Source: Lytechinus pictus (Eukaryota). From it: a stretch of 64,000 nucleotides of DNA. The notes under the pieces are model-generated. The model did no database searches and was not told the origin of the DNA. It worked only from the letters and a program-made list of their open reading frames with translations. The stretch spans positions 13,394,001 through 13,458,000 of the forward strand of contig NC_087250.1 in assembly GCF_037042905.1 (NCBI RefSeq), in the 5' to 3' direction. Positions 39,030 through 50,300 of this stretch are shown here, piece after piece (position 1 is the first letter of the stretch; each line of letters begins with the position of its first letter). The position numbers and the translations under genes were made by a program.

Positions 39030-39301
39030 CTGTAACAACATCACCAAGAGATTTGATTATTTATGGCATTCCCTTATATTTATTACTACTCTCACTATTA
39101 TTATTATTGTTATTACAACAGAAAATGTTAAAATTATTGTTATTATTATCATCATTATCAGTATCATTATTATTATTATTATTATTATCATTGTTATCAT
39201 AATATTATTATCATTATTATTATAATATTATCATTATTACCATTTTCATTATCATTCTCATTATCATTATCATCATCATTGACATAATAACAACTCATTA
39301 C

Positions 39302-39490
39302 CTGAAGGGCTTTGATCCATTTCCTGGAAAGCTTGGGGCGCCCTCTGACGGTCTTGTGCCATACGACGGGAAAGTTTGTCCTGCTGCAGAAGTTCTGAGT
39401 GACAGCTATAGTTGTATCAAGGTTTACAACGACATGCCACCAGCCTCCCGGCACAAAGACGGTTTCACCTGGACCTTGTAGGATCTCAAG
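39302..39490 (-). CDS. JMJD6: JMJD6 exon 6 (JmjC C-terminal part, includes the third Fe-binding His)
   Basis: cgttag|CTT ... CAG|gtaatg; [58 protein letters not shown] is near-identical to human JMJD6. Confidence 0.95.
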
Positions 39491-39529
39491 CTAACGAGAG
39501 AAAAGAAGAATTGCAAAAAGAATGAGAGA

Positions 39530-40395
39530 CGTTCCTGGTGACGGCTACGGTTGTATCAAGGTTTACAACGACATGCCACCAACCTCTCGGGACAAAGACA
39601 GTTTCATCTGGACCTTGAAGGTTCTCGAGTTTATGAAAGAAAAGAAGAATTGGAACAAAAATTAGAATGAGAATGAGAGAAGTTCTGGGTAACGGTTAAT
39701 GTTGCATCAAGGCTTACAACGACATGCCACTAGCCACCTGGCACAAAGACAGTTTCGCCTGGACCTAGAAGGATCTCAAGCTAATGAAAGAAAGGAAGAA
39801 TGGCAAAAAGAAAGAGAGAAATTCTGGGTGACGGCTATGGTTGTTCCAAGGTTGACAACTATATGCCACTAGCCACTAGCCCCCCCCCCCCCCCCCCCCC
39901 CGGCACAAAGTCAGTTTCACCTGGACCCTGAAGGATCTCAAGCTAATGAAAGAAAGGAAGAATGGCAAAAAGAATGAGAGAAATTCTGGGTGACGGCTAT
40001 GGTTGTTTCAAGGTTTACAACTATATGCCACTAGCCACTAACCCCCCCCCCCCCCCCACAAAGACAGTTTCACCTGGACCCTGAAGGATCTGAAACTAAT
40101 GAAACAAAGGAAGAATTCAAACAAGACTTGGAATGAAAGAAGTTCTGAGTGACAAGTATAGATATATCAAGGTTTAAAATGACACGCCACCAGCCTTCTG
40201 GCACAAAGACAGTTTCACCTGGGGCCCGTTGCAGAAAGAGTTGCAATCGATTGCAACTCTGAAAATCATGCGCAACTTCATTTTCAACCAATCAACAGCG
40301 CGCATTTGGGACTTGCAATTGATTTTTGGGTTTGCGTTTAAACGCAACTCTTTCTGCAACGGGCCCCTGGACCTATTTTGTGGGATTCTGTTCCA
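39530..40395 (-). repeat. Five degenerate tandem copies (~140-160 bp) of the JMJD6 exon 6 acceptor plus the exon 5' half
   Basis: Unit aagttctg..gtgac...caaggtttacaac...gcacaaagacagtttcacctggacc...ctcaagctaatgaaagaaag starts at ~39530, 39680, 39819, 39981 and 40139. Confidence 0.92.
40222..40366. mobile_element. Harbinger-like MITE, 145 bp, perfect 23-bp TIR, CTG TSD
   Basis: cacCTG|gggcccgttgcagaaagagttgc ... gcaactctttctgcaacgggccc|CTGgacc; the empty site cacctggacc is seen in the sister repeats. Confidence 0.88.
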
Positions 40396-40471
40396 ATCAC
40401 TACCAAGATTGCCAAAAATGTTGAAATCATCATCATTTTGTTTTTTGTAAATCACCATTATGTCATGGTTG

Positions 40472-40779
40472 CAGACCTGCCAACCTCTGGGAATGAAAAA
40501 CTGCATTCTGTGATAAAAAAAACTGTATTTTTCCCCAAAAAAGTGTATTTCATAATAAAATGCTTGGCGCACTCGCCCATCACGGCACTCAAGCTGCATG
40601 CAAGCTAAAATGTGCACTGCTCTTGCAGATGAAAAAAAACCCATTGAAACTTGTGTATATCTCACCCTGGTTTTTACAAAATGATTGAAAAAAAAAACAA
40701 GTTACCTGAAATTACATTGATCTAATAACCATATTTGTGTACGTTTTATGAAATAGAGACATATAGAGATGATTTTTCT

Positions 40780-40815
<36 letters not shown>

Positions 40816-40900
40816 TATTTTTTAAAGAAAAAACGTACTGCCGTATTTTGGTTGCAAAAACGTACTAAATATGGAAAAATCGTACTACTTGGCAGCTCTG
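40472..40900. mobile_element. CAG-ended hAT-like MITE; right-end fragment also at ~45690-45833
   Basis: cagacctgccaa ... ttggcagctctg, with aaaacgtact subterminal repeats. Confidence 0.6.
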
Positions 40901-41341
40901 TATATCTAGTAGCAGTGAGTTTCCTAATGAACAGATGAGAGAGTCAATTAAAGGGCGGTCACATTTTGACGTTTTATCCTGCGTTTGACAAACCATGCGT
41001 CCTATTCTCCATATTGAGAATTGCCTTTTGAAATATCATATCCTTTATATCAAGAAATCGTTGTACCTTGTGAACCAAAGGCAATTCTTGAAATCAAGTT
41101 TAGGGATAATGAGAAAACGGCCTGTCGTACATATGTCAGCATACGCTAGCTGTAACATCCAGGGGGTGTTTCACAAAGAATTAAGTATGAGCGGCCGAGA
41201 TCAGGGGGGGGTCTAATTGAGCCCCCCCCCCCCCCCAGTACATCCTGGTCTGAAATAGCCCATTTTAAATAGGGTTATTAAGCATGTCTGTGAGTCACAC
41301 TTATTAACTCTTTGTCAACTCCTTTTGTAAAGCATCCTTAC

Positions 41342-41489
41342 TGGTTTGAATTCCTGTGGCCAGGATGGGTCTTGGGTGCGAGGATAAACGTGAGTAAACC
41401 ACATGATTGCTTCATCCCTCTGCTTTCCTCCGTCATTGATCGATGGTTTGACAAGTTCTTTCGGCGTCTGAGTCGGGAACATGCACCAT
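41342..41489 (-). CDS. JMJD6: JMJD6 exon 5
   Basis: tttcag|A TGG ... CCA|gtaagg; [14 protein letters not shown]...[25 protein letters not shown] versus human WCLFPTSTPRELIK...[25 protein letters not shown]. Confidence 0.95.
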
Positions 41490-41933
41490 CTGAAAAAAAA
41501 TGAGAATAAGGATGAATAAAATCAGCCCTAACTCGGCCGGGGTATTTTGGGAGATTATATTATATTATATTGCCCCCCTTGAAATCGCCGGGCTTGTGAT
41601 CGTGCCAAAAATTGGCACGGACATTGCCTAGGAACTAATTTACAAAACTGTATTGGTATTAATTTCATGAAAATTGCTTATAATTAAGCATGCTAATTTA
41701 TGCGTAATTAGTATGAAAAATCATACTTTTGCTTAATAAAGCTCAAAATGTGCCAATATTTGGTGCAGAAACTTTGTGTCATTCGTAGAAAGAGTATTTG
41801 AAAAAAAATTGCGATATTTTTTATTATCAGATGAAATATATTGTTTTTGCAATTTATGTATTTCTTTACTTTTCAATGAATTTTTTTTGGTGATATGCGA
41901 TCACAAACAGCACACACTCAAATTAATATTTAC

Positions 41934-42130
41934 CTTTTATGACCCCGGACGAGGGCATTCCAAGCGCTTGTTCCCAGTGGATCGATGTGGATCCCTGTTC
42001 CAGAGCGCTCCGGGCCCATAACGAACCATCGATAAGGTGGACGCTTCTCGTCACCGGCAAACTGGAAGAGATCGTCTTGAAAGAAGTGCGGCACAACGTA
42101 GTCTTCCAGCAACTTCTTACGCTTCGGATG
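41934..42130 (-). CDS. JMJD6: JMJD6 exon 4 (HxD motif)
   Basis: ccccag|CAT ... AG|gtaaat; [11 protein letters not shown]...[32 protein letters not shown]. Confidence 0.96.
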
Positions 42131-42176
42131 CTGGGGAAAATGATAAGAATGTATATCAATGTTACATACTTTATCG

Positions 42177-42541
42177 CCGACCCACGCACAGAGCGCCACC
42201 TACGACGTCAGCCCGCCGTGACCGCCGGCCCAGCGCTTTCCCCCACGTCCGCACGCACGCCGAGTGAACACTCACTCCTGAAGACGGACAGTCAACCTGT
42301 CCGAAACGTCGAGTCTCTACTCCTCATCATCTCTACTCGCCGACTCAAGCCAGCATCTCCTCATCAGCTCTACTACTCAACTCATCAAACTTTCCTGGTT
42401 TACAGTCCTTTTCAGGACTACTTTCAAGAAAGAATACTCTACTCTCAAATCTCCACTTTCTCGCCTATCCATTTCTTCTCTTCTTCTATCCACTGTTTCT
42501 ATAACACTCCACATGGTGTACCGTAAACCACATCAGCGATT
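42177..42541 (+). mobile_element. 365-bp non-coding retroelement with a hammerhead ribozyme (retrozyme / Penelope pLTR-like)
   Basis: 11-bp direct repeat ATACTTTATCG at 42166-42176 and 42542-42552; GC-rich insert in an AT-rich intron; canonical hammerhead core inside. Confidence 0.8.
42274..42314 (+). ncRNA. Minimal type I hammerhead ribozyme
   Basis: ACTC-CTGAAGA-C-GGACAG-tcaac-CTGTCC-GAAA-CG-TC-GAGT: stem I, CUGANGA, 6-bp stem II, GAAA, palindromic ACGT, GUC cleavage triplet. Confidence 0.85.
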
Positions 42542-43264
42542 ATACTTTATCGTGTCGAAAGTTCATTGGTTTTGTTGGGAAATAGAATGTAAATTAAGAT
42601 TTATTCCATTTAATTCATTGGAAGTTCAATGTTATGATGACAAAGGACAATCTTTTTCATAAAGGGTTCTGAAAAGCTGGTTTCATTCAGGATTATTACT
42701 AAGATTTGCAAAGTGAGGTTATTTTAAAACAAAGGTCTGAAGTGACTCAAGTGAGATATGACATACCGTAGTCTTCAAGTAGCTTATTTGCTTCAGAATG
42801 TAATTTCCTCCTGCAAAAGATGTATCCACATTGTTATACACCTAAATCGGGGTGCCTGTTACAAAAAAAGGTTGCAATGAAACACAGCTCTAAAAATCAA
42901 AGGATGTTTGATTTTCGACCAATCATTAGTGTGTTTGGGGACTTACACTAGAATAATTTTAAGAGACCCTATTAAAAGCAACTTATTCTGCAATGGGCCC
43001 TATGTGTAGTAAGTGGGTACCTCCCGTTTTTGGGGGGGCTACTTTTTACCATACAATGCCTCAATCTGTAACGTTGGAAAAGCATTAATATTGCAGTGAA
43101 TGGAGTTTTCTGGGGCTCTGGTTATTTCCCACGGCTCTTATGAGCACGTCAGGGTGAAAACGCCCTGAGCCCAGTGCTATTTTTCTCCTTGGTGTCGCAG
43201 ATAAAAATGGACATTTGCAACAGTTTCAGTCATCATACAAAAACTTATTTCTCCCTATTGATTG

Positions 43265-43515
43265 AAGGCCCGGCAGCCATATGAATGTATCTTTTTACTT
43301 TTACTCTGGGATTGCCCTCGATAAGCGTCTTTGGCTTTTTGGCAATTCCTCCGTATTCAGATTACATTATGTTCTGCTTCTTTGGTTAATTTGTATTTTT
43401 TGTATTTTTGTCATTCTTAATTGATTCTTTTTTGTATATTTATCATGTTTTTTATATTGTACAATTTGAATTTGAATATGGAAATAAATGAAAATGAAAT
43501 GAAATGAAATGAAAT
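43265..43515 (+). mobile_element. Probable LINE 3' UTR fragment
   Basis: T-rich UTR-like stretch ending in aataaa plus a (TGAAA)n tail; no coding remnant seen. Confidence 0.45.
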
Positions 43516-43718
43516 TGTGCAGTGCCAGATCAACTTTGCTCTATCCCTTTAAATCGTTGAACGCCAAACAGGGTAGCAGCCACTCCAATCTTTTAACGTC
43601 TTTTGGGGCTTGAACTCCAGACTTCCGGGTATAGAGACGGGCGATCTACGGAGTCAAAAGAACATCATTATTTTAATGGTGGTGAATAATGACAGTAGAA
43701 ATAATAAAGATAACCTAC

Positions 43719-43871
43719 CTCAGCAAAGCTACTGTCGAATATATAGAGTGGGCTATCGTCCCTGTTGTTATGCATATATTGCACGTAATACTTCATCTTC
43801 ATCTTGACGGAGTAACCTTCGTCATCTTCGCCGCACTTGAAGCGTTGATTGCGGTATTTCTTGGCAAGCCT
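43719..43871 (-). CDS. JMJD6: JMJD6 exon 3
   Basis: ttgcag|AGG ... GAG|gtaggt; [51 protein letters not shown]. Confidence 0.96.
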
Positions 43872-45700
43872 CTGCAATAGTAAAGTGACGGTTGAGAATT
43901 TTAAGTTTCTGATACCGCTTTCAGTAACTCGCTGATCAAATTTTGAGTATATAAATGGCGCGGGCTACTTCTGGCAAGGGCTATTTTGACGCTGCTTTTA
44001 TCAGCGCCAGACCGGCACCAGGCCCGCATGCACAAGTCTTTTAATGGCCGATCGTAAAAGTAGCGCCGGGTCTTCCATGGTTACTGAAGGCAATGGTGCG
44101 GACTATTTTTAGCGAGGGGCTGGTGTGGAGAAAAAAGAATCATAAGAAAGATACTGGAACAGTATCAAACCACCGTGTCTTCCTGATTCTTGTAAATTGA
44201 ACATTTTACTCGAGCAGTATGAATTTATAAAATAAATGTCAGGCTTGTCTTGCCTACTGTGCAGGCAAGACCAAAACGGGACAGGATTGATTTTCGAACC
44301 TTCGACCTCTTGCAATATTGGTAATGACAATCCCAACAAACCAGCAGAGGCAATTTGGATTAATCAATCACTCATCAGGGTCCCATGACACAAAGGTTAG
44401 CGATTACTCGGACATTTGATTTTCACGATTGATTATACATTGTAGTCAATGGAATCAATCATAGAAAAATGTTCTACGATCATTGCTATAAAGCTTTGTG
44501 TTACGGGCCCCTGGAGTACTAGGTTCACTCCTCAGCTGCTTGATACTAAAATTCATCGACTCAGCGTTGCATCACAATGAGCAAAACAGACAAAACATCC
44601 AATGCCGGCCGCACAGAAACATTTTTAGCGCTAACAGAGCATCTACAGTAGGTCCAGTCAATCACAGTCATATTCATTGACCTGTATTGACAAATGTTCA
44701 TCAAAGTTGTAAATAATGCAATATCGTAACATGAGGCATCGATGGGGCATTACCAGTTGTACATGTTATAAGGCCTCTATTAATATGCATTGTTGCCGCT
44801 AAACAATGCTTCCGTTCAGTCAGTACAGAGTCTTTCATCAACCACAAATATGGAAAGCCAGCAATGTCAACATCTAAAATGCAATCGTTCAAAATATTTT
44901 CCACAAGTAATATATTCATCGTTTTCTTGAAAATTCAGTGTGCTTCTCTTTCCTTAGTGCAAATTTCCTGTTGAAAAAATTATGGCATGGATGGATTTTC
45001 ATATAGTTGAGGTTCATCGGATCAATGGCAACTCTTTGTAAGACGGCCCGTCTTGCAAAAAAATGCAATTGATTCAATCAACCACAACAATAGAAAGCCA
45101 GCAACGTCAACATCTAAGATACATGTTTGTACAAAATACTTTCTAGATACGATGTACATGTATATTCATACAGTCAGTATATTCTTGACAATTCAGTATG
45201 CTTCTCTTTGTTTTCAAAGGACATTGTGCAAATTTCCTAATGTTAAAATTTTGACATTGATGGATTTCCATATATACTTGAGGTTGATTGGATCAATCGC
45301 AACTCTTTGTAAGAAAACCACGGTTGAGTCCATGGTTTTAGCGCGTATCGGGCGCGTGTTTAAAACATGTCCAATGCCGATGCGCGCATTTGTCACAGTG
45401 CGCCAAATTGACGCCTGTTACCATGGTTAGATACGCTATTTTATTCATGAGTCCACTGTTTGAAGAGTGGACTCATGAATAAAAACAGTGGACTCATGAA
45501 TAAAAAGGCGTATTTAACCATGGTAACAGGCGTCAATTTGGCGCACTGTGACAAATGCGCGCATCAGCATTGGACATGTTTTCTATACGCGCCCGATACG
45601 CGCTAAATCAAGCGTAATTTATACAGGAAATCTGCATAAACCATGGACTCAACCGTGGGTTTTCAAAACCGCCTTTGTGAATTCGGGCCAAAGAGATGAT

Positions 45701-45740
<40 letters not shown>

Positions 45741-45854
45741 CAAAAAACATATTTTTTAAAGAAAAAACGTACTGCCGTATTTTGGTTGCAAAAACGTACT
45801 AAATACGGCTAAATCGTACTACTTGGCAGCTCTGAGACGGGGCCGACAACTCAC

Positions 45855-46069
45855 CCTGACTGTCCATTTCTTCTGCGCCAGCCACGTATCCTGATCCTTC
45901 ACGATGACACAGGGGAGTCCAGGCTTTTCAAATAGTTCGATAAACTCGTCCGTCGTCACCGAGTTCACATCCACCCTATGGCAATTGTCCTTGGCTTTCA
46001 ATTCTTCGATGCGCGGCCGGAAACTGTCGCGGAAATGAAAACGCTCCCAGTCACCCAGGTCTCGCAGTT
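45855..46069 (-). CDS. JMJD6: JMJD6 exon 2
   Basis: aaacag|AA CTG ... AGG|gtgagt; ELRDLGDWERFHF...DEFIELFEKPGLPCVI...WLAQKKWT versus human ELKDSLDWTRHNY...EEFVERYERPYKPVVL...WSAQEKWT. Confidence 0.92.
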
Positions 46070-46549
46070 CTGTTTTGTTTTTCAAAAGAGAAAAAAATGA
46101 TAATACAGGATTTACATAGCGCATGTATCGACCTTGTTAAGTGTTCAAGGCACTCCTATATTACCCCCAGTGAGCACCGGGATCGGTAGACTAGCTTACT
46201 CAAAAAGAAAAAGGATTTATACAGCGCATGCATCAACCTTGTTAGGTGCTCATGGCACTCCTACATGTATATTACCCCGGTGAGCTAGTCTTCTGATTCC
46301 GGTGCCCACAGCTTTTTTTTTTTATTGAGGAATTACTTCCTGCCGACACCCATTCACCTTCTCTGGGTTGAGTGCAGCACAATGTGGGTAAATTTCTTGC
46401 TGAAGGAAAACACGCCATGGCTGGGAATCGAACCTACATCCTTCAGTTTGAAAGGCGAGAATCTTAGTAAACCACTAGACCAAAACAAATGGAATGGTGA
46501 TAGCTTATTCATATTTGATAAATTGGATCGTTGTGGACTGTTGAATCTG

Positions 46550-46933
46550 CAGGGTTCCCAGCTTTTCAAGAAAACGAAATTCCCTGATAAAGTTTTAACG
46601 TTCCCTGATAATTTTTAAAACCCATTTCCACTTTCGCATGTTAAAGTTGTTGCAGTCAAATACATGTATTTTCAGCATAAAAACAAATAATGTAAAACTA
46701 ATTTGTACCACCGTAACCAGTCATTCAATAGATATTGTTTTTATATATGCTACAAAATATAACAGATCTGACTGACGACCATGCTTTTGATGACTTTTGG
46801 GCTGATCAAAATTCCTTCACTTTTCTCTCAATTGAAGTTTGAACCATTTTTCCCTGATATGAGGTATTTTTTTATCGAATTCCCTGATTTAAGTAAAAGT
46901 AAAATAATTTTCCCTGAATGGTTGGGAACCCTG
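46550..46933. mobile_element. CAGGG-ended MITE with 5-bp TSD
   Basis: ATCTG|cagggttccca ... tgggaaccctg|ATCTG; splits a SINE head. Confidence 0.75.
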
Positions 46934-47336
46934 ATCTGACTCTCACCTTTGAAATGAGAATCCTGAGTTCGAATCCCAGCCATGTCGCAATTTCGTGCAG
47001 CAAGAAATTGATCCACATTGTGCTGCACTCATCCCAGGTGAGGTGAATGGGTACCGGGTACGATTTAATAAGGCTACATAGAGCGCACAGAGACTTCTGA
47101 TAAAGTAAGTGTTAAGCACTATTTTAGCAAGTTTGATTATTTTTTTATTACACCAAGCGCCTTAGCAGCTGAAGCTAAAGCTACATTAGGGTGATATATC
47201 TAGTGCACCATTGCATGGAAAAGTAGATAATCTTTGCGTCATTACTATTATCATTATTATTCTTATTATTATATGTAAATATTGTTGTTTTTATTGATTC
47301 AATTGCAGCTGACTATAGTTATTTTAAGACTAGAGT

Positions 47337-50300
47337 TAGGGACAGTGATTTTCCGTTTAAAAAAATTGCCTTTTCCGTTTCAGAAAATCTCAAATTCCGT
47401 TTCAGCATGTCAGAAAACGGAAATTCCGTTTCCCCATAGACTTTGTACTAATGTTGTAAATCGGATCAAAAATCAGATCGAAAATCGGATCGGCAGTTAA
47501 GCTTCTAAAATCGAATCGGCGATGTTTAAAAACAAAGGAATACATCAAAATGTTGTTCGCGGTCGCGCGCATCTTCCTGACAAAGTCACAAAGACGAATG
47601 CATTGGAATGGAAGTCGCCAACATGCGCGATCGTTTGGAACATGTTTTAAAGCCAGGGGTTTTGAGGTGTTATTGCTTTAAAATAAACCGAGTGATTTTT
47701 ATTAGAAAGATAAACGAAAGACGCATCTTTCGAGCAAAGGCGCAAAGGAAAATAAAATGAAAATATTTCTCATAGCTCACAGGTTAATGAACGATCGGCG
47801 GGACATCTTTTAGAAGTATTTTTAGGTGCTAGCGATGTAGAATTATTGGAATGATCTCTTACGACGCATCATCTTAAAGTCGCAAGTGCAATTAAAATGA
47901 AGTAGACGACGCAAGCACGCACGATGATTTGAAATATGTTATTAAAATGTTTTGGGTAGCTAGCGTTTTCAAATCAATTTGAAGTTCACGGCGGGGTCCG
48001 CTATCACCACGAGGTTGAAGAGAAGATGTCTATCATCATAAAGGGGGTAAGAGAGTAGCGCAGTGAGCTCCGTCGGTAATACGACCTTTCAAAGTTCACG
48101 GCGGCATCCGCTATCACCACGAGATTGAAAATAAAATGTATATCATCATAAACGATGTAAGAGAGTAACGCAATAAGCTCCGTCAATAGTACAACCTTTC
48201 AAAGTTCACGGCGGCATCCGCTATCACCACGAGGTTGAAAATAAAATGTATATCATCATAAACGATGTAAGAGAGTAACGCAATAAGCTCCGTCAATAGT
48301 ACAGTCTTTAAAAGTTTCTGGCGGGGTCCGCTATCACCACGAGGTTGAAGAGAAGATTTATATCATTATAAACGATGTAAGAGAGTAGCGCAGTGAGCTC
48401 CGTCGGTAATACGACCTTTCAAAGTTCACGGCGGCTTCCGCTATCACCACGAGGTTGAAAATAAAATGAATATCATCATAAACGATGTAAGAGAGTAACG
48501 CAATAAGCTCCGTCAATAGTACAGTCTTTAAAAGTTTCTGGCGGGGTCCGCTATCACCACGAGGTTGAAGAGAAGATTTATATCATTATAAACGATGTAA
48601 GAGAGTAGCGCAGTGAGCTCCGTCGGTAATACGACCTTTCAAAGTTCACGGCGGCTTCCGCTATCACCACGAGGTTGAAAATAAAATGAATATCATCATA
48701 AACGATGTAAGAGAGTAACGCAATAAGCTCCGTCAGTAGCACGATCTTTAAAAGTTCACGGCGGGGTCCGCTATCACCACGAGGTTGAAAATAAAATGTA
48801 AATCATCATAAACGATGTAAGAGAGTAACGCAATGAGCTCCGTCAATAGTACAACCTTTCAAAGTTCACGGCGGCATCCGCTATCACCACGAGGTTGAAA
48901 ATAAAATGAATATCATCATAAACGATGTAAGAGAGTAACGCAATAAGCTCCGTCAGTAGCACGATCTTTAAAAGTTCACGGCGGGGTCCGCTATCACCAC
49001 GAGGTTGAAAATAAAATGTAAATCATCATAAACGATGTAAGAGAGTAACGCAATGAGCTCCGTCAATAGTACAACCTTTCAAAGTTCACGGCGGCATCCG
49101 CTATCACCACGAGGTTGAAAATAAAATGTATATCATCATAAACGATGTAAGAGAGTAACGCAATAAGCTCCGTCAATAGTACAGTCTTTAAAAGTTTCTG
49201 GCGGGGTCCGCTATCACCACGAGGTTGAAGAGAAGATTTATATCATTATAAACGATGTAAGAGAGTAGCGCAGTGAGCTCCGTCGGTAATACGACCTTTC
49301 AAAGTTCACGGCGGCTTCCGCTATCACCACGAGGTTGAAAATAAAATGAATATCATCATAAATGATGTAAGAGAGTAACGCAATAAGCTCCGTCAACAGT
49401 ACAGTCTTTAAAAGTTTCTGGCGGGGTCCGCTATCACCACGAGGTTGAAGAGAAGATTTATATCATTATAAAGGGGGTAAGAGAGTAGCGTAGTGAGCTC
49501 CGTCGGTAATACGACCTTTTAAAGTTCACGGCGGCATCCGCTATCACCACGAGGTTGAAAATAAAATGTATATAATCATAAACGATGTAAGAGAGTAACG
49601 CAGTGAGCTCCGTCGGTAATACGACTTTTCAAAGTTCACGGCGGCATCCGCTATCACCATGAGTTGGAAGAGAAGATATCTATCCCCTTAAACATTGCCA
49701 TAGATAATACCGCGACTTTCTCCCTGAATAATGCGACCTGTAAATAGCTAGCACCTCAAAAACAATCTTGAAATATGTTCTGAGCGATCACGCACTGTAA
49801 CCAGATCTACGCCGATTTTTTATTTTCGATTTTTTCCTTCAAGGGGCATGATCGAAGATCGGCAAGTGATTGCCGATTGTGGTGAAATCGAATGGAATCG
49901 GTTGAAGATTGCAAAATCGGTTACAAGCTTACTTTGTACACACGGAAAAGTGACAATTCCGTTTACACATTGAATAGCAAAATCACATTGAATCGCACTG
50001 GTCAAAATTTGTATCTGCTACTGTACCAACAACACAATAGAATCCGTTCTAATCGGATCTATGCAGGTGCATAAAATATTTTTACAAACCCATTTAGCAT
50101 GCATACATCCTCACCTTTCACATTATTAGCATTATTTCACGGTGAAATGATGTTTCATCGATAATTTTGGGGTTTTTTGGACATCGTTATCATCAGTCAA
50201 CGGCTTTTGCCAATCCGCCATCTTGGATTTTAAGACGATATCGTGCTGTTACATCTTCAAACGTAGAGGGCAGCAACACACGACCGTGTAGTTGAACGAT

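Noticed and set aside
41939..42526. 195-aa plus-strand ORF
   Set aside because: It joins the antisense of JMJD6 exon 4 to the non-coding hammerhead element across the TSD and has no recognisable domain.
47981..49690. 110-bp array as a CRISPR array, coding repeat or snoRNA cluster
   Set aside because: Units are contiguous with no unique spacers, the period is not a multiple of 3, there is no C/D box pair, and the context is a eukaryotic intron with no cas genes.
50148..50197. Third hammerhead (minus strand CTGATGA ... GAAACATC)
   Set aside because: Stem II is mismatched, stem I cannot form, and there is no palindromic or paired stem III.
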